A stretch of DNA of 64,000 bases from Octopus bimaculoides (Eukaryota), in the NCBI RefSeq assembly GCF_001194135.2, contig NC_068994.1:60251507-60315506 (forward strand), read 5' to 3'. The notes beneath the pieces were generated by a model. The model searched no databases and was not told the DNA's origin. It saw only the letters and a list, made by a program, of their open reading frames with translations. The position numbers and the translations under genes were made by a program. Shown one piece after another: positions 60,067 to 64,000 of this stretch (positions are counted from its first letter, which is position 1; every line of letters starts with the position of its first letter).

Positions 60067-62087
60067 ATATATATGTGTGTATATATATATATATGCATAT
60101 ATCTATGCGCAGTTACAAGTATAATTTTGTGTATACAGAAAAGCATATATATATTAAAACATACATACATACATACATACATACATACATACATACATAC
60201 ATACATACATACATAGAGAATAACGCACATAGAGTGTTCATCCTCCAGCACCCACCCGATTCAGATACCAAGGCAGCATCATTTCCAATGACTGGCAGAG
60301 GTCCGAAGAGGTTATAAACTGTCCCAGACAAGTCTCTATCCGTTTAGAGCGCAAAGGCATGTTGTGCTTGTAAATTTGCACACCGTTTATATTACACACA
60401 CCTACATATACAAATATAAATGTGTATGTGTGTACGTGTGTGCTTGTTTGTTTGTGTGTGTGTGTATGTGTGTGTGTGTGCCCAGTGGGGTGTATCGAAG
60501 ACCAATACTCGATCTCCATTCATGATTATATGTGAAGCTGTAAACTTTCCGTACAGCTCAGTCGGACGAGGGACTCCGTGGTTGGTTAATGTCAAGGATA
60601 AAGCTATCCTCAGACTAAGGGTCAGGTCTGAAGCTCCCACGGTTCATTTAGCGATATTAAATCGATCACCCAACTACAGGGCCTGCCTGTCCGATGCGCT
60701 CCCATACACTCAACCTAATTCACTCCCATTGCTTTCGAATAGTGCAAGGCAGAAAACAGCCAACGAACCGGCATTTCATTTTTTAAACGAACTTCTTCAT
60801 CACACAGCCATTCATGTGAGAGGAATATTTCCAAGTTCCGGTTCCTTTGACCAATATATTTTCTGACTTTCTCACCCATCGACCTATTGACCTTTCTGAC
60901 CAATTGAAGTCCATCGTTTTTGATTTTTGTCCCCAAAACATTATTCTGTTGGGTGTGTGGCATGTGACGGCTGTTTTAAGGAGAATTTTCCATCGATTTA
61001 TTTTTTGTATAAAAGACGGTTAAGATTCGTTGATATTTTGTACTTCCATTGGTGCGATCCTTTTCGTGGACTTTGGTGTAAAAATCGTGTTTCCTCTGAA
61101 ATTTATATCCCGACATTTCAGAGCAAATTATTGAGGTGTCTTAAAACCTTTTAATGATCTCGAGAGTCAAACGTGCAGCAGCCGAGGTCGGTTGTAGCCG
61201 TAACATCATCTTTGTCATTTTTCTATTGGGAGGTCATATACTTCTAAGTACGTTCATATGTGTATGTATGTATGCATGTGTATATATATATATACACACA
61301 TTCACACAAACGTACGTAGATACATATATGCATGTACATACGTACAAACATACATTTATAGTATGTAAGTGTATACGTGTGTGTATATACACACACACAC
61401 ACGACTTCCTTCGGTCCCTCTTATGGCATATAAAAAAAGACTTACCACCTCACCACCATCACCCATACCGCAGAATAAAGCCGCCTCCTTCAGCGCTGCC
61501 ACAGACCCCCACCAACTCAACCACTTCTGTAACTCACTCCAGAAACCATTTGAGAGTAAATGAATAAAAAAGAAGTGAAGTGTTTGTCAGCTGGCAGCCC
61601 GCTATTATTGGTGAAGGTTGGACTGTGTTGGGGTCGCCGCTGGCTGACTGCTGATGGCGGTCGGTCGCTGATAATGGATGACAGGCTGGATTGATCGGGA
61701 AAATTAACAACTGTGCTATTTAGTGCTATTGCGTTCGAACCAGGTAAAACCAGAGATTTGTTTGATCATCAAACAATATGGATGAGATGTACGACGATAT
61801 GAAGGGAGGAAAAGGGGAAGGGGGTTACAATGAGGGGGGGGGCGGAGATGAGAAGCGTGGGTTGAATAATGAGGGTGGTTCTGGGAAAGGAAAGTTTAAT
61901 AGGATGGAACAGATATAAGGATTATGGTGGGAGGTTGAAAATTGGTGCTAGTATACGTATGCGTGTGCATATATACGTGTGTATCTGTATAAGTACATAC
62001 ATATACACATACGAGTGTGTACGTTAGTGTATGCCTGTATGCGTATATATAAATATAATATGCATGGTTGTACACACATTTCATGTG

Positions 62088-62130
<43 letters not shown>

Positions 62131-62220
62131 AAGAAAGAGAGAAAGAGAGAGAGAGAGAGAGGGGGAAAGAAAGAGAGAGAGAGAGAGAGTTCTCTGTAGC
62201 TACTGAATTTTGGGGGTATA

Positions 62221-62420
62221 CAGTAATCCCTCTCCATATCACGATTCACCTATCGCGGTTTATCGTTTAAGCTTAGGTCGATTCTTTCATGCTGTTGTTT
62301 TGCGTTTATAATAAAATAAATATATACAAATTATAAAAATAATAACAATAAATACAGTACAATACTGTTTCTACTTGACAGATTTTCGCCTATCGCGGGG
62401 TGGTTTTGAACACCCGCGAT
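62221..62420 (+). mobile_element. Tigger/pogo-like MITE remnant
   Basis: TA|CAGTAATCCCTCTCCATATCACG start, and GATTTTCGCCTATCGCGGGGTGG..CCCGCGATA near the other end. Confidence 0.55.
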
Positions 62421-62605
62421 ATTCGGTTTAGCCGTTTATTTCTCTCGAATTCTTTAAATAATGGAGACACCTCTGATAAAAATCAACTAATCGAAAATCG
62501 ATTATAGATGTTCCGCATTTTTCTTTCAATGTACGGAGACAAATTTGTCATGTTTGCATTTCTACTACATGGGTTTACACACGCGCGCGCACACATATAT
62601 GCAAG

Positions 62606-62706
<101 letters not shown>

Positions 62707-62825
62707 ATATTATTATTCACAAACACGTACACACAAACACACATATATATACACATTTATACATTACACCATTGGCATGTATGTAATTATGTATGTGCGT
62801 AAGCGTGTATGTATGCATGTATGTA

Positions 62826-63087
62826 TACGAGAGATATCCCGAAAGTAGTGCAAAAGTGGGTATATCTTTTTTGAATGAACAACTTCGGCCGCCGTTCCAA
62901 TTCCACGCTGACAGAGGAACTCTTCGGCCATAGAAAAGTGTTGCAACTTAACCAAGTCTTCCTCACAAGAGCTGCATTGTCGGACTGAACTTTGGAATCC
63001 TCTTTGAGGATTGAATAGTCAGGAGTCCTCTAGTGGACTCACTTCTTTACGGCCACCTTTTGCATTATTTTGGGGACAAGTCTAGTA
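62826..63087. mobile_element. Mariner-derived MITE with degenerate TIRs
   Basis: TACGAGAGATATCCCGAAAGTAGTGCAAAAG versus the reverse-complemented right end TACTAGACTTGTCCCCAAAATAATGCAAAAG. TA at both ends. Confidence 0.55.
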
Positions 63088-64000
63088 AAGTGTGTATGCA
63101 TGCACACGCACAGAGAAACAGACACAAACACACTCACATACGTATAAAGAGAGAAAGTGGGAGAGAAAGAAATGTTAGCGAAACTATTAATGCTGAGCAA
63201 AACACTGAAAGCAGGTGGTACTTAAGACCATTGTTATATTAGCGATGGATTATGGCATAGATGCCAAAGTAGCTATGTGTATGTCTGTTTTTTTTTTATC
63301 TGTTTATGTTGGCAATTTTTCATAGTTTCTATGTGAAGCCCTATTAATGCCACTGAATGGCGCTGCTGCAATCTCCATTCTGCGTCACCATCTTTCATGA
63401 TTTATGCTGTTTGTAGTGATGCAAGTCACTCTTCTCATTCAAGCAAGACCGATTAATCGTGCAGGTGGTCCTTAACACCAATGTTATTACCTTTAATTAT
63501 AATACCTACGGCCTATCTGTTTGTTGGTGACATGGACGAAGCGGACAAGTCATTTGACTATGGCCTCCTAGAATCATAAATCTCAATACCCAACTTGTGT
63601 TTTCGTTAATGCTTATGTCCGGAACACATTAGGCGTTGTTGTCTCAGTTCGTTTGGCTGCTGAGATATCGATGCAAAATGTAGCAACGTTAGGGTGAGCT
63701 TCGATTCGAAAGACGAGACTTAGCGACTCCCAACACCCCTACCATCTTCCCACCATGTTACCTAGAAAAGGTCTCTTTCTCCCCCTCTCTTTATTTCCAT
63801 CACCTTCTCTTCCTTTCTCTCTTTCTTTCTCTCCCTTTCTTTCACGGATGTTCATGTCGCTGGAGCGAACAGATTAACTGTTCCAAACATACAATGGAAA
63901 AAAGAGAGTGAACATTATAATTATGTACACACACACCCACGCCCACACACACATACATACACAATCACATGTATATTTATGCACACATATGCATGCATAT

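Noticed and set aside
5852-60317. Long ORFs in the track (e.g. 10754-11746, 33170-34480, 48500-49708)
   Set aside because: They consist of X from N-gaps plus microsatellite translations and carry no coding signal.
60420-60960. 148-aa ORF and nearby unique sequence
   Set aside because: Starts in a TG microsatellite, with no domain motif recognised on either strand.

Overview
AT-rich, microsatellite-dense animal intergenic or intronic DNA from a gapped draft assembly (11 N-runs, most flanked by simple repeats). The repeat landscape suggests an octopus-like cephalopod, which is an inference. I found no convincing host protein-coding exon, rRNA, tRNA gene or CRISPR array, and the long ORFs in the track are N-gap or microsatellite artefacts. 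The interpretable content is a graveyard of decayed mobile elements: R4/Dong-type and Hero-type non-LTR retrotransposons with restriction-like endonuclease (RLE), RTE, CR1/L2 and Tx1/L1 fragments, Penelope-like GIY-YIG remnants, mariner and Tigger-type pieces, and two abundant tRNA-derived SINE families (called A and B here). The most unusual observations are: (1) a 300-bp element with 32-bp terminal inverted repeats that encloses a near-canonical minimal hammerhead ribozyme (35779-36078), plus several decayed hammerhead-like motifs elsewhere; (2) an RTE LINE with twin-priming-like inversion geometry (24591-25775) and a 29-nt exact inverted copy of part of it inside a neighbouring RTE fragment; (3) a 100-bp-arm foldback (25967-26320); (4) two trains of R4-type fragments separated by (TAA)n arrays; (5) a 3' tail shared by a CR1-type LINE and SINE family A. 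All family assignments come from motif recognition by eye, not from database searches. Element boundaries are approximate unless exact motifs are quoted.
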